From an uncultured delta proteobacterium (GTDB lineage: Bacteria > Desulfobacterota > Binatia > DP-6), in NCBI GenBank assembly GCA_963815115.1, contig CAWFFN010000005.1, forward strand, positions 352,001 to 416,000: DNA of 64,000 bases. Direction: 5' to 3'. This document shows positions 1-9,667 of the stretch, piece after piece. Both the position numbers and the translations under genes were made by a program. Each line of letters begins with the position of its first letter. Within the stretch, counting starts at the first letter, position 1. The notes beneath the pieces were generated by a model. It worked only from the letters and a program-made list of their open reading frames with translations, had not been told where the DNA came from and did not search any database.

Positions 1-670
1 CGACCCGTGCCCGCGCCGTCGCCGGGTCGAGCACCGGGCGAATCACCGGAACCTCGGCCCCGGTGGTGACGGCCAGGATGCGCTCCAGCTCCGCCTGCGA
101 CGGGTAGTCGAGCAGGACCTTGAAGAGAAAGCGATCGAGCTGCGCCTCGGGAAGCTGGTAGGTGCCCTCCATCTCGATCGGATTCAGGGTCGCGAGCACG
201 AAGAACGGCGCCTCGAGCAGGTGGGTCGTGCCGGCGACCGTGACCTGCTGCTCGGCCATCGCCTCGAGCAGGGCCGACTGCGTCTTCGGGGTGGCGCGGT
301 TGATCTCGTCGGCGAGGAGCAGATGCGCGAAGATGGGCCCGGGCACGAAGACGAAGCTGCGATGACCATCCAGCGTCTCGCTGACGACGCGCGTGCCGGT
401 GATGTCGGCGGGCATCAGGTCGACGGTGAACTGCACCCGGCTGAAGCGCAGCGCCAGGGCCTCGGCCAGCGAGCGCACGATGAGCGTCTTGCCGATGCCG
501 GGAACGCCCTCGATGAGGACGTGGCCGCCGGCGAACAGGCCGACCAGGATCGTGTCGATGACCTCGTCGTGACCGACGACCACACGGGCCATCTCGCGCC
601 GTAGCGCGGCGAAGGTGTCCTGGAAATCGCGGATCGCTCCCGCGGCGCCCTCGGCCGTCTCGATGCTCAC
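1..670 (-). CDS. MoxR family AAA+ ATPase (3' end runs off window)
   Basis: Manual minus-strand translation from GTG 670 gives GHVLIEGVPGIGKT (Walker A), RVQFTVDLMPADITG, LLADEINRATPKTQSALLEAM and NPIEMEGTYQLPEAQLDRF; the start overlaps the upstream stop (GTGA). Confidence 0.93.
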   Translation of the reverse strand, partial: MSIETAEGAAGAIRDFQDTFAALRREMARVVVGHDEVIDTILVGLFAGGHVLIEGVPGIGKTLIVRSLAEALALRFSRVQFTVDLMPADITGTRVVSETLDGHRSFVFVPGPIFAHLLLADEINRATPKTQSALLEAMAEQQVTVAGTTHLLEAPFFVLATLNPIEMEGTYQLPEAQLDRFLFKVLLDYPSQAELERILAVTTGAEVPVIRPVLDPATARARV

Positions 671-1887
671 GGGGACGCCCCCGGCACCGCATCCGCATGC
701 GCGAACAGACGGCGGACGATCGGAGCGAAGGACGCCGGAACGTCCATGCGATGTCCGGCCTGCTCGGGACGCCGTGCCGGTGCAAGCGCCGGACGGCGGC
801 CCGCGTCGGCACCGGGCGCATCGGCCCACTGCTCGCCGGCGGTGCCGGGACGCGTCCGCACGCGCGCCGCGATCGCCAGCTCGAAGCGATCGCCGCCGGC
901 GGGGAGATCGTCATCGGGCTTGCCGTACAGCGACGGGTCCGTGTCGCTGCCCGCCCCTGGCGCCGCCGCACCCTCGCCCCGGGTCTGATCGTCCCGGTCG
1001 CCCGGTCGCGGCGTGGGCCGGCCGTCCGCGCCGGGCACCTCGCTCCCACCCTTCGCCCCGCGCGCGTCGGCGACCGGCCGTGCCTTGGGCTCGGGATCCT
1101 GACGTGGGCCACGCGCGCCATCCTGCCGCGCGCCGCTCGGTGGCACCTCGCCCCCGGTCTCCCAGCGCTCGTCGGCCCCGAGCGCCGCCTGCAGCCAGTC
1201 CTGGAGCGTCGCCAGCGTGGAGTCGTCGGCCTCCGTCTCGGATCGGGCGCCGGAACCGGGTGCGCCCGCAGGCGACGCGTGCTCGCTGCCCGGGGTCACG
1301 AGGAGGCGATCGGCGCCCTCGCGCGTCTCCTTGGCGGCGACGAAGTCCATGGGGCGATCGCCGATCAGCACGCGCGGGGGCGGGGGCCGCAGCCACGGCG
1401 CGAACACGACGACCAGGATCAACGCCCCCACCGCCGCCAGGGCAGAGGCGAGCGCCGACCCGGAAACGAGCCGGGGCACGACGTCCTCGGGCCGCCATCG
1501 CCCGAGCGCGTCGAGGTTCTGCTGCACGAGGAGGGCGAAGAGACCTCCTCGCGCGCGTCCTTCGAGCTCGGCGAGCGACGCCAGACGGCCGCCCAGCTCT
1601 CGTGATCGATCGATGCGCGCGGCCGCGTCGCGGGCCGCGAGCCAGCGCTCGCCGAGCTGCCGCGCCAGGACGACGCTCGCGGCGCACAGCGCTCCCGTCC
1701 CGAGGAGGACGACGCCGCCGAAGGCGAGCCGTCCTGCCCGGAGCGCGGCGAGGATGACGACCGCCGCCGCGAGCCCCGCCACGACCAGCCAGCGTGCGGT
1801 CGCTTGCTGGACGAGGAAGCCGTTGCTTCGCCGTCGCACCGCTCGGACCTGCTGCAGGACCGCTTGCATGGGCGGCGAGCTGCTCAC
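667..1887 (-). CDS. Hypothetical membrane protein (N-terminal TM helices, low-complexity C-terminus), MoxR-operon associated
   Basis: 406-aa ORF with 3 hydrophobic segments and an AARID..L..RL.S..E motif; translationally coupled to the MoxR gene. Confidence 0.7.
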   Translation of the reverse strand: MSSSPPMQAVLQQVRAVRRRSNGFLVQQATARWLVVAGLAAAVVILAALRAGRLAFGGVVLLGTGALCAASVVLARQLGERWLAARDAAARIDRSRELGGRLASLAELEGRARGGLFALLVQQNLDALGRWRPEDVVPRLVSGSALASALAAVGALILVVVFAPWLRPPPPRVLIGDRPMDFVAAKETREGADRLLVTPGSEHASPAGAPGSGARSETEADDSTLATLQDWLQAALGADERWETGGEVPPSGARQDGARGPRQDPEPKARPVADARGAKGGSEVPGADGRPTPRPGDRDDQTRGEGAAAPGAGSDTDPSLYGKPDDDLPAGGDRFELAIAARVRTRPGTAGEQWADAPGADAGRRPALAPARRPEQAGHRMDVPASFAPIVRRLFAHADAVPGASP

Positions 1888-2055
1888 GGCTCCGGCTAAA
1901 ACACGGCCGGTCGAGTCGCGTCAATGCGTGCTCGCTGGCTCCGGCGGTGCACCACACGCAGGAGGTGCCGTCCGGCACCGCGTCGCTGCAGGACGGCCGT
2001 CGTGGATGCCGTGCGGTTGACCGGGCCAGGTGCCGCTTGGTACGGCCCGGCACGC

Positions 2056-3270
2056 ATGCACCAACGAGGAACCGGCAACGGCGCGCTCTCCGGCATCCGC
2101 GTCATCGACATGAGCCACCAGGCGGCGGGTCCCTGGTGCACGTCGCTCCTCGGGGACATGGGCGCCGACGTCGTCAAGATCGAGAAGCCGGGGCGCGGCG
2201 ACAGCATTCGCTACGCCGACCGGACCGGCCGGCTTCCGCCGGAGGTCGGCGGTCTCAACTTCCAGGGCCTGAATCGCAACAAGCGCGGTCTCACCGTCGA
2301 CATCGGCCAGGAGGCAGGCGCGGCGCTGGTGCGCCGCCTGGTGCGAAACGCGGACGTGCTGGTGGAGAATTTCCGGCCCGGCGTCATGGACCGTCACGGG
2401 CTCGGCTGGGAGGCGCTGCACGCCGAGAACCCGCGTCTGGTGTACTGCTCGATCACCGCCTTCGGCCCGCGTGGTCCCCTGGCGCAGAAGCCGGGCATGG
2501 ATCTCATCGTGCAGGCGACGGGCGGCATCATGGGCCACACGGGCGAGGAGGGCGGCCCGCCGATCAAGTCGGCGCCGCCGGTGGCCGACATCACCACGGG
2601 TGTGTACGCGGCCTACGGCATCGCCTCGGCGCTGGTGGCGCGCGAGCGCTCCGGTGTCGGGCAGCGGGTCGAGATCGCGATGCTCGACGCGGTCGTGTCC
2701 CTCTACGCCGACAACGCGGCCAACGTGCTCACCGAAGGCACGCGCTTCCCGAAGTTCGGCAGCGGGCATCCGGATCTCGTGCCCTACCAGGCCTTCCCCG
2801 CCAGCGACGGCTACTTCATCGTCGCCTGCCTCACCAACGCCTTCTACAAGCGGCTGTGCGCCGCGCTCGGCCGCGACGACCTGCTCACCGATCCGCGCTT
2901 CGCCACCAACCCGTCGCGCGTCGCGCACCGCGAGGAGGTGGTCCGGATCCTGAGCGAGATCTTCCGGACCGCGTCGTGCGAGCACTGGATCGCGCTCCTC
3001 GAGCAGCACGACATCCCCGCCTGCCGCGTGAACCGCCTCGAGGAGATCCTCGCGCATCCGCAGATCGCGGCGAACGGACTCGTGGTCGAGCACGAGGACC
3101 CGGTGCGGGGGCGCCTCCGCACGCTCGGGCCGCCGCTCAAGATGTCGGCAACCCCGACGGCGTTCACGGCGCCCGCGCCACGGCTGGGCGAGCACACCGA
3201 CGAGGTGCTGCGCGAGGCCGGGCTGTCGGCGTCCGAGATCGCCGAGCTGCGCGCGGCCCGGGTGATCTGA
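2056..3270 (+). CDS. CaiB/BaiF family (class III) CoA-transferase
   Basis: LSGIRVIDMS..AAGP, LGDMGADVVKIE, NRNKR, ADVLVENFRPG, APRLGEHT; start ATG 2056 chosen within ORF 1924-3270. Confidence 0.93.
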   Translation: MHQRGTGNGALSGIRVIDMSHQAAGPWCTSLLGDMGADVVKIEKPGRGDSIRYADRTGRLPPEVGGLNFQGLNRNKRGLTVDIGQEAGAALVRRLVRNADVLVENFRPGVMDRHGLGWEALHAENPRLVYCSITAFGPRGPLAQKPGMDLIVQATGGIMGHTGEEGGPPIKSAPPVADITTGVYAAYGIASALVARERSGVGQRVEIAMLDAVVSLYADNAANVLTEGTRFPKFGSGHPDLVPYQAFPASDGYFIVACLTNAFYKRLCAALGRDDLLTDPRFATNPSRVAHREEVVRILSEIFRTASCEHWIALLEQHDIPACRVNRLEEILAHPQIAANGLVVEHEDPVRGRLRTLGPPLKMSATPTAFTAPAPRLGEHTDEVLREAGLSASEIAELRAARVI

Positions 3271-3509
3271 CAAGCGCCGCCGCTGCCGCCGGTCCGCCAG
3301 GACCTGCCCGGTCGGGCGTAGCGAGACGATGCGGATGACTGCTGCGTCGACCCATCGGCAGCCGCGGCGGAGCGTCTCTGCGACGCGCGCGTCAGACGGA
3401 GTGTGCCGGTGGACCAGTACACCGGCGACGGCATCGTGGCGCCGTGCGGAGCGCCAATCGCCGGCCCCGTCCGATTGCGTCACGTGCCGCCTCGATGTAC
3501 CAGATACAC

Positions 3510-3734
3510 ATGAAACGCACGAATCTTGTGCTGAATGAGGACCTCCTCGCAGAGGCGACCAGGCTGAGCGGCGAGAAGACGTATTCTCGAGCCGTGGAGC
3601 GAGCGCTGGAGGATTTCGTGCGCCGCGCCCGGGCGCGGCGGATCCTCGAGCTGCGTGGCTCCGGGTTGTGGGAAGGAAGCCTCTCGGCGATGCGTCGCGA
3701 CGCGAATCCGGCGCGTCGTTCGCGGCGCTCGTGA
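3510..3734 (+). CDS. vapB: VapB-type antitoxin
   Basis: MKRTNLVLNEDLLAEA...KT...VERAL...WEGSLSAMR; overlaps the downstream PIN-domain gene (GTGA). Confidence 0.85.
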   Translation: MKRTNLVLNEDLLAEATRLSGEKTYSRAVERALEDFVRRARARRILELRGSGLWEGSLSAMRRDANPARRSRRS

Positions 3735-4120
3735 CCCTGGTCGACACGTCGATCTGGATCGAGGTGTTCCGACAGCGGCGTCCGCTGGACCTGGCCCGGC
3801 TCATCGACTTCGACGATGTGGTCACCTGTCTCCCCGTCGTCCAGGAAGTGCTTCAGGGTTTTCGAGAGGAAGGCGCATATCGTCGGGCGTGTGATGCGAT
3901 GCTGGCCCTCCCGATCGTCGAATCACCCCTGGGCGTCGACGTGGTGCTCGAAGCGGCGGGGCTCTACCGCACGGCGCGCGCCCGCGGTGTCACGGTCCGC
4001 TCGTCGGTCGACTGCCTGATTGCCGCATGCGCCCTGCGTCACGACCTCGAGGTACTGCATCGCGATCGGGACTTCGACGCGATCGCGCGAGTGTCTCCGC
4101 TCAGACGGCGCCGCGGGTGA
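3731..4120 (+). CDS. vapC: VapC PIN-domain toxin
   Basis: LVDTSIWI, EVLQG, DCLIAACA and LHRDRDFDAIA PIN acidic motifs; GTG start. Confidence 0.9.
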   Translation: MTLVDTSIWIEVFRQRRPLDLARLIDFDDVVTCLPVVQEVLQGFREEGAYRRACDAMLALPIVESPLGVDVVLEAAGLYRTARARGVTVRSSVDCLIAACALRHDLEVLHRDRDFDAIARVSPLRRRRG

Positions 4121-4161
4121 CCGGCTGGCGGCGTCGTGGCCGCTGCTGCTAGGACGGCGTC

Positions 4162-4950
4162 ATGAGCGTCGTGACGCCGATCGATCTCGGCTCCCGCCAC
4201 CTCCGTGGTGGCAAGCACGGCGGCGTGCTGCGCGTGGTCCTCGATCGTCCCGAGCGGCGCAACGCCTGCACCATCGAGATGTACCACGGGATCAAGAAGG
4301 CGGCGGTCCTGGCCGAGCGCGATCCGGAGGTCGACGTGCTGGTTCTCACCGGCGCCGGCGAGCACTTCTGCGTCGGCGGCGAGATGGGCGGCCGGCACGA
4401 GGGCGGCGCGGGTCTCGATCGCGAGACCGACGGCATCGACCTGACGCCGTTCGTGCAGCTCGAGCGCTGCCCGAAGATCGTCCTCGTGGCCATCAATGGC
4501 ACCTGCCAGGGCGGTGGCCTGGTCATGACGCTGATGAGCGACCTCGCCGTGGTCTCCGACCGCGCCACCTTCCGCGTTCCCGAGCTGCTGCGCGGCGTCG
4601 CCGACTGCTACCTCGGCGCGCGGCTCGCCAGCCGCATCGGGGTGGCGCGCGCCAAGTGGCTGCTCTTCACGGCGCAGCCGTTCACCGCCCAGGAGGCGCT
4701 CGCGATGGGACTCGTCCCGCGCGTCGTCCCGCACGGCGGGCTCGACGCCGCGGTCGAGGAGACCATCGCCGCGGTCCGGCAGACGGGACCGCGCGCCCGC
4801 ACGGCGCTGAAGCGCGACCTGAACCGGCAGCTCCCGCCCCTCGACCTCGCGATGTTCGTCGAGTCGCTCGCGTCCGACGAGGTCCGCGAGGGATTCACCG
4901 CCTTCGTCGAGAAGCGGCCGGCGCGCTGGGTGCGCGGGCCGTCGTCGTGA
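4162..4950 (+). CDS. Enoyl-CoA hydratase/isomerase family protein
   Basis: LDRPERRNA, FCVGGEM, AINGTCQGGG, FRVPELLRG, EGFTAFVEKR. Confidence 0.9.
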   Translation: MSVVTPIDLGSRHLRGGKHGGVLRVVLDRPERRNACTIEMYHGIKKAAVLAERDPEVDVLVLTGAGEHFCVGGEMGGRHEGGAGLDRETDGIDLTPFVQLERCPKIVLVAINGTCQGGGLVMTLMSDLAVVSDRATFRVPELLRGVADCYLGARLASRIGVARAKWLLFTAQPFTAQEALAMGLVPRVVPHGGLDAAVEETIAAVRQTGPRARTALKRDLNRQLPPLDLAMFVESLASDEVREGFTAFVEKRPARWVRGPSS

Positions 4951-4975
4951 CGGCGCGTCCCGTCCCTCGGAGCTC

Positions 4976-4994
4976 TTGACGAACGAACGTTCAT
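4976..4994 (+). promoter_or_regulatory. Palindromic operator (ACGAACG-AA-CGTTCAT) overlapping a TTGAC -35-like box, upstream of TetR
   Basis: Near-perfect 7-2-7 inverted repeat; matches the sites at 57981 and 63716. Confidence 0.7.
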
Positions 4995-5013
4995 TTCGGT
5001 AGTCGTTCGGACC

Positions 5014-5709
5014 GTGAGAACGAGAGGGGTCCGCCTGGGCGCGGCACACGCCGACGCGCCGTCGCTCCCGACCCGCGAGGTCATCCTCGACGCCGCCGAG
5101 CGGTTGTTCTCCGCTCACGGCGTCGACGGCGTCGCGGTGCGCGACCTCGCGCGCGAGCTGGAGCTCACCCCGTCGAGCCTCTACAACCACTTCCCGGGCA
5201 AGCAGGCGCTCTACGAGGCGGTGCTCGAGCGCGGGCTCGGGCCGATCGTCGCGCTGATCCAGGCGTCGTGGCGGCACGGCGAGCTGCGGCGCGACACCGT
5301 CGCCGCCACGGTGGACGGCATGGTGACGCACCTGACCCAGCATCCGCACCTGGGCCGGCTCGTGCAGCGGGCACTGCTCGAGGACACGGACAGCGTGCGG
5401 GCGCTGATCACGCGCTCGCTGGAGCCGCTCTACCGGGAAGGAGTCGCCGTCGTCGGTCGCGCCGCGACGAGCGCGGGCTGGGAACACGACGAGGTGCCGC
5501 ACCTGGCGCTCGGGCTCTTCGGGCTCGTGTTCTCGTACTTCGTCAACGCCGACGCGATGCGCCGGCTGGCTGCGTGGGGCACGGAAGCGGTCGACCCGGC
5601 GGCGCTGGCCGTGCAGCGGCGCTTCCTCGAGAAGGCCATCTTCCGCCTGCTCGGCCCGCGTCAGAGCCGGGCAGGGAGCGTCCGGCGCACGAGGAGGGTG
5701 AATGGCTGA
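5014..5709 (+). CDS. TetR/AcrR family transcriptional regulator
   Basis: HTH: TREVILDAAERLF...VRDLAREL...SSLYNHFPGKQALY. Confidence 0.92.
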   Translation: MRTRGVRLGAAHADAPSLPTREVILDAAERLFSAHGVDGVAVRDLARELELTPSSLYNHFPGKQALYEAVLERGLGPIVALIQASWRHGELRRDTVAATVDGMVTHLTQHPHLGRLVQRALLEDTDSVRALITRSLEPLYREGVAVVGRAATSAGWEHDEVPHLALGLFGLVFSYFVNADAMRRLAAWGTEAVDPAALAVQRRFLEKAIFRLLGPRQSRAGSVRRTRRVNG

Positions 5710-6829
5710 GGTCACCGGACACGGCGGACGGATCACCGACGAGGGCATCGCGAGGGTCCGCGAGCGCATCGGGAAGGGCTTCAGCGGCAGGCGCCCCTGG
5801 CGCACCGAGGTGACGCGCGACGCTGCCTACCACATGGCGCTCGCCATCGGCGATCTGAGCCCGCTCTATCACGACGAGCCGTACGCGGCCGGGACGCGCT
5901 GGGGCAAGCTGCTCGCGCCCTACATCATGATCCAGACATTCGACACCCTGCGCTCGGTGGGCTCGAGCGGTCTACCGGAGGGGCTGCCCGGCGTGCATTC
6001 CATCTGGACGGGCTCGCTCTACGAGTGGAAGCGCCCGCTCGCGGTGGGCGATCGCGTGCGCGCCGACTGCTATCTGAAGGCGGTCGACGAGCGCGAGAGC
6101 AAGTTCGGCGGCGGCCGCTCGGTCTACCAGACCTACGAGGCGGTCTACACGGACCAGGCGGGCGACCGGATCGGCCTGCGCAACGACACCTGGATCCGCA
6201 TCGAGCGCCACAAGACCGCCGAGACGAAGAAGTACGGCGAGATCGGGCTCGCCCGCTGGAGTCCCGCCGACATCGAGCGGTTCATGGCGGAGTACGCGGC
6301 CGAGACCCGCACGGTCGAGCGATTCTGGAACGACGTCCAGGTGGGCGACGCGCTGCCGAAGCGCCTGAAGGGCCCGCTCACGCCGACCGCCGAGATCGCC
6401 TTCGAGTCCCAGCTCGGCATCTACCTGGTGGGAAACGAGGTTGCCGCGAACCTCTATGCCAAGCATCCGAAGCTCTTCATCACCAACGAGCAGGGCGTGC
6501 CGGAGCCGCCGCAGCGCGTCCACTGGGACAACGAGTTCACCACCCGACTGCTCGGCCTCCCGGGCGCCTACGACCTCGGGCCCGAGCGCTGTGCGTGGCT
6601 CATCCAGGTGGTGACCGACTGGATGGGCGATGCGGGTCACCTGGCGCGGCTCGAGTGCCGCTACCTCAAGTTCAACTACATCGGCGACGTCACCTGGGTG
6701 CGCGGGACGGTGACCGACAAGTTCGAGCGCGACGGCGCGGCGTACGTTCGCTGCGCAGTCGACTGCCTGAACCATCGCGACGAGGTCACCGCGGCCGGCA
6801 CGGCCGAGGTGGAGCTTCCTCGCCGCTGA
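5702..6829 (+). CDS. Double hot-dog MaoC-like acyl dehydratase
   Basis: AIGDLSPLYHDEPYA..TRWG.LLAP in the N-terminal domain; RVHWD and FNYIGD in the C-terminal domain. Confidence 0.82.
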   Translation: MAEVTGHGGRITDEGIARVRERIGKGFSGRRPWRTEVTRDAAYHMALAIGDLSPLYHDEPYAAGTRWGKLLAPYIMIQTFDTLRSVGSSGLPEGLPGVHSIWTGSLYEWKRPLAVGDRVRADCYLKAVDERESKFGGGRSVYQTYEAVYTDQAGDRIGLRNDTWIRIERHKTAETKKYGEIGLARWSPADIERFMAEYAAETRTVERFWNDVQVGDALPKRLKGPLTPTAEIAFESQLGIYLVGNEVAANLYAKHPKLFITNEQGVPEPPQRVHWDNEFTTRLLGLPGAYDLGPERCAWLIQVVTDWMGDAGHLARLECRYLKFNYIGDVTWVRGTVTDKFERDGAAYVRCAVDCLNHRDEVTAAGTAEVELPRR

Positions 6830-6857
6830 GACGCACGCGGTCGAAGGGTTCGGATCG

Positions 6858-8255
6858 ATGACGAAGGCCCCGCTCGCAGCCGTCCTCCTGACATCCGTGC
6901 TCGCCGGCGCCGCGCAGGCGGCCGGCCAGCCCGATCACCCCTGGCCGCCCGACGCGTCGAAGTACGACCCCCCGGGCACGGAGGTCGCCCCGGGCCTCAA
7001 GGTCGGGGATACGCTGGATCAGTCCAACGCGGACAAGGCGAAGGACCTCCTGCCGCCCGAGATCCTGAAGCACTACAAGGACGGCGGGTATCGCAACGAG
7101 ATCGGCACGTGGCCGGAAGGCATCATCTACCGGGAGAAGTCGTTCGAGGAGTCGACACGGAAGAACGCCTCCAAGTACGACATCGATCCCGAGACGGGCA
7201 CGATCGTCGACAAGGCGACCGGGAAGCCGCCCGAGTACGTCTACGGCATCCCGTTTCCCACCCTCGATCCCGGGGATCCGCGCGCCGGCATCAAGGCCGT
7301 GTGGAACATGTTCCACAACTACTGGAACAACGGCAGCTATCACTTCAACGCCATCCTGGTGTGGACCAACCCGGGGGGGAAGGAGCGCGAGGCACTCCAG
7401 GACGTGTGGTTCCAGTACTACGAGAACCAGGCACCGGCCTATCGCGTTCCGAATCCGCAGGATTTCTCGTGGCAGGGGCTCGCGAACGCGATGTCGCCCG
7501 CCGATCTGAACGGCACCGCCGCCCTCAACTACCGCTGGCGGGATCCCAAGAAACGGGACGCCACCTGGACCTACGTCCCCGCCCTGCGCCGCGTGCGGGC
7601 CGTCAGCCCATCCAACCGCTCCGATGGCGTGCTCGGGTCCGATCTCGGCCAGGATGACGGGCACTTCTTCGACGGCAAGCCGGAGGACTTCAACTGGAAG
7701 ACGGTCGGAATGCGCGAGGGGCTGCGCATCACGGAGCCGTACTCGTTGAAGGGGCAGGGCGGCCCGCTCACCTGGCAGGACGGGAGCGGCTGGCGAGACA
7801 ACTGGCCCAAGGCCCCCGCCGTCGCCGGCTACGCCCTGAAGGACTGGAAGGGCGTGGGCTGGGCGCCGACGGACGCCGTGCTCACGAAGCGCAAGTTCTG
7901 GGTCGTCGAGGCGACGCCCAAGGACCGCTACTACCTCTACGGGCGGCTCGAGCTGTGGATCGACGCTGAGTCGTGGATCGGCGCCTGGAATCGCAAGGAC
8001 GACTGGAAGGGCGAGCTGCTGAACACCTACCAGGTGCAGGGATACCTGAACCATCCGGCCATCAAGCCGGGACAGGACGAGGTCGAATGGCTGTGGAGCT
8101 CGCAGGGCGCGTGGCAGTGCGCGGAGAACGTGAAGATGAACCGCGCCACGCTCGCCGGCCTGCGCTCGAACCCGTCGTCGCTCTTCGACCGCCGGGTGAA
8201 GCACAACATCGCGCAGCTGTTCGACATGCAGACGCTGAGCCGGTTCGGCAAGTAG
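6858..8255 (+). CDS. DUF1329 family exported protein
   Basis: Signal peptide; GIPFP..DP.DP, WTYVPALRRVR, SD...DD...FDGK, VVEATPKD.YY.Y. Confidence 0.85.
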   Translation: MTKAPLAAVLLTSVLAGAAQAAGQPDHPWPPDASKYDPPGTEVAPGLKVGDTLDQSNADKAKDLLPPEILKHYKDGGYRNEIGTWPEGIIYREKSFEESTRKNASKYDIDPETGTIVDKATGKPPEYVYGIPFPTLDPGDPRAGIKAVWNMFHNYWNNGSYHFNAILVWTNPGGKEREALQDVWFQYYENQAPAYRVPNPQDFSWQGLANAMSPADLNGTAALNYRWRDPKKRDATWTYVPALRRVRAVSPSNRSDGVLGSDLGQDDGHFFDGKPEDFNWKTVGMREGLRITEPYSLKGQGGPLTWQDGSGWRDNWPKAPAVAGYALKDWKGVGWAPTDAVLTKRKFWVVEATPKDRYYLYGRLELWIDAESWIGAWNRKDDWKGELLNTYQVQGYLNHPAIKPGQDEVEWLWSSQGAWQCAENVKMNRATLAGLRSNPSSLFDRRVKHNIAQLFDMQTLSRFGK

Positions 8256-8375
8256 CGGCGTCGGACGTACGACTCCGCCGCTCCGCGGGACGCGCGCCTC
8301 CCCTTGACCTCGCGTCGGCCCGCGTGCATTCCTCGCGCGGCAAGGTGAGCCCGCCGCATCGTGCGGCAGGGACCG

Positions 8376-9657
8376 GTGGCGACCTACGAGACCGATCCTG
8401 GCAATCGACGGCGGCCCTCCCGTCCGCGCGCCCGGCCGACCCTGGCCGACGTGGCCCCGCTACACGGACGCGGCTCGCCGCGAGGTCGACGCCGCCCTGG
8501 CGAGCGGTCGCTGGGCGATCAGCGGGCCCTGGACCGGCGAGCCGTGCCGCGCGCGCCGCTTCGCCGAGCGCTTCGCGGCGTTCCACGGCGTGGAGCACTG
8601 CATCCCGACGGCGAACGGCAGCGCAGCGCTTCTCGTCGCGCTGGAGGCGCTCGACGTCGGCGCGGGCGACGAGGTCATCGTACCCGGGCTGACGTGGGTG
8701 GCCAACGCGTCCGCGGTCGTGCGCGCGAACGCCATACCCGTTCTGGTCGACATCGATCCCGAGACGCTGTGCCTGTCGGTGGAGGCGACGCAGCGTGCGC
8801 TGTCGTCGCGTACGCGCGCCGTCTGCGTGGTGCACCTCTACTCCGCGATGGCCGACATGGACGCGTTTCGCGCGCTCGCGGCCGAGGCGGGCGTGCCGCT
8901 CCTCGAGGACTGCGCGCAGGCCCACGGCGCCGCCTGGCGTGGCGCTCGTGCCGGGACGCTCGGCACGGTCGGCGTCTTCAGCATGCAGCAGACCAAGGTG
9001 CTCACCGCCGGCGAGGGAGGCGCGGTGATCACCGCCAGCGCGGAGCTCGCTCACCGGCTGGAGCAGCTGCATGCCGACGGGCGCGTGTTTCGACAGCCAC
9101 CTCCGCCCGCGGGAGATCTCGAGCTGGCCGAGATCGGCGAGGTGATGGGGGCGAACCTGGCCTTGTCGGAGGTCCAGGCCGCGCTGCTGCTCGAAGGGCT
9201 CGCGCGGCTCGAGGACGAGAACGAGGTGCGCGAACGCAACGCCCGGCGGCTCGATGCCGCGCTCGGCGAGCTGCCCGGCGTGACACCGGTCCGGTGCCTT
9301 CCAGGCCAGACTCGTCGCTCGTACTATCACTACGTGCTCCGGATCGACGTGCGGCGATTCGGGTGGAGCGACGTCGGGCGGCTCACGGCCATGCTGAGCG
9401 CCGAGCTCGGTTTGCCCGCCGAGCGGGTGTATCGACCGCTGAACGACCACCCCCTCTACCGGCCGGCGACGAAGCGCACCACCGCGCTGTCGGCCTCGTA
9501 CCGTGCCGCCGTCGACCCGGCTCGCTTCCGCCTTCCCGAATGCGAGCGGGCCCATGCCGAGGTGATTTCGTTCCATCACCGCCTGCTCCTCGGCGACGAC
9601 CGCGACATGGACGACGTGGTCCGCGCCTTCCACAAGGTGTGGGACCATATGGGATAG
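8376..9657 (+). CDS. DegT/DnrJ family PLP aminotransferase, BtrR/NeoB (2-deoxy-scyllo-inosose aminotransferase)-like; apparent +1 frameshift at ~8397
   Basis: Removing one C gives MATYETDLAIDGG..RPWPTWP..SGRWAISGP, in frame with ORF 8590-9657 (EDCAQAHG, FSMQQTKVLTAGEGG). Confidence 0.85.
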
Positions 9658-9667
9658 GTCGACGGGC

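Noticed and set aside
8376-9657. Complete aminoglycoside biosynthetic cluster
   Set aside because: No DOI synthase, glycosyltransferase, dehydrogenase or resistance gene in the window.
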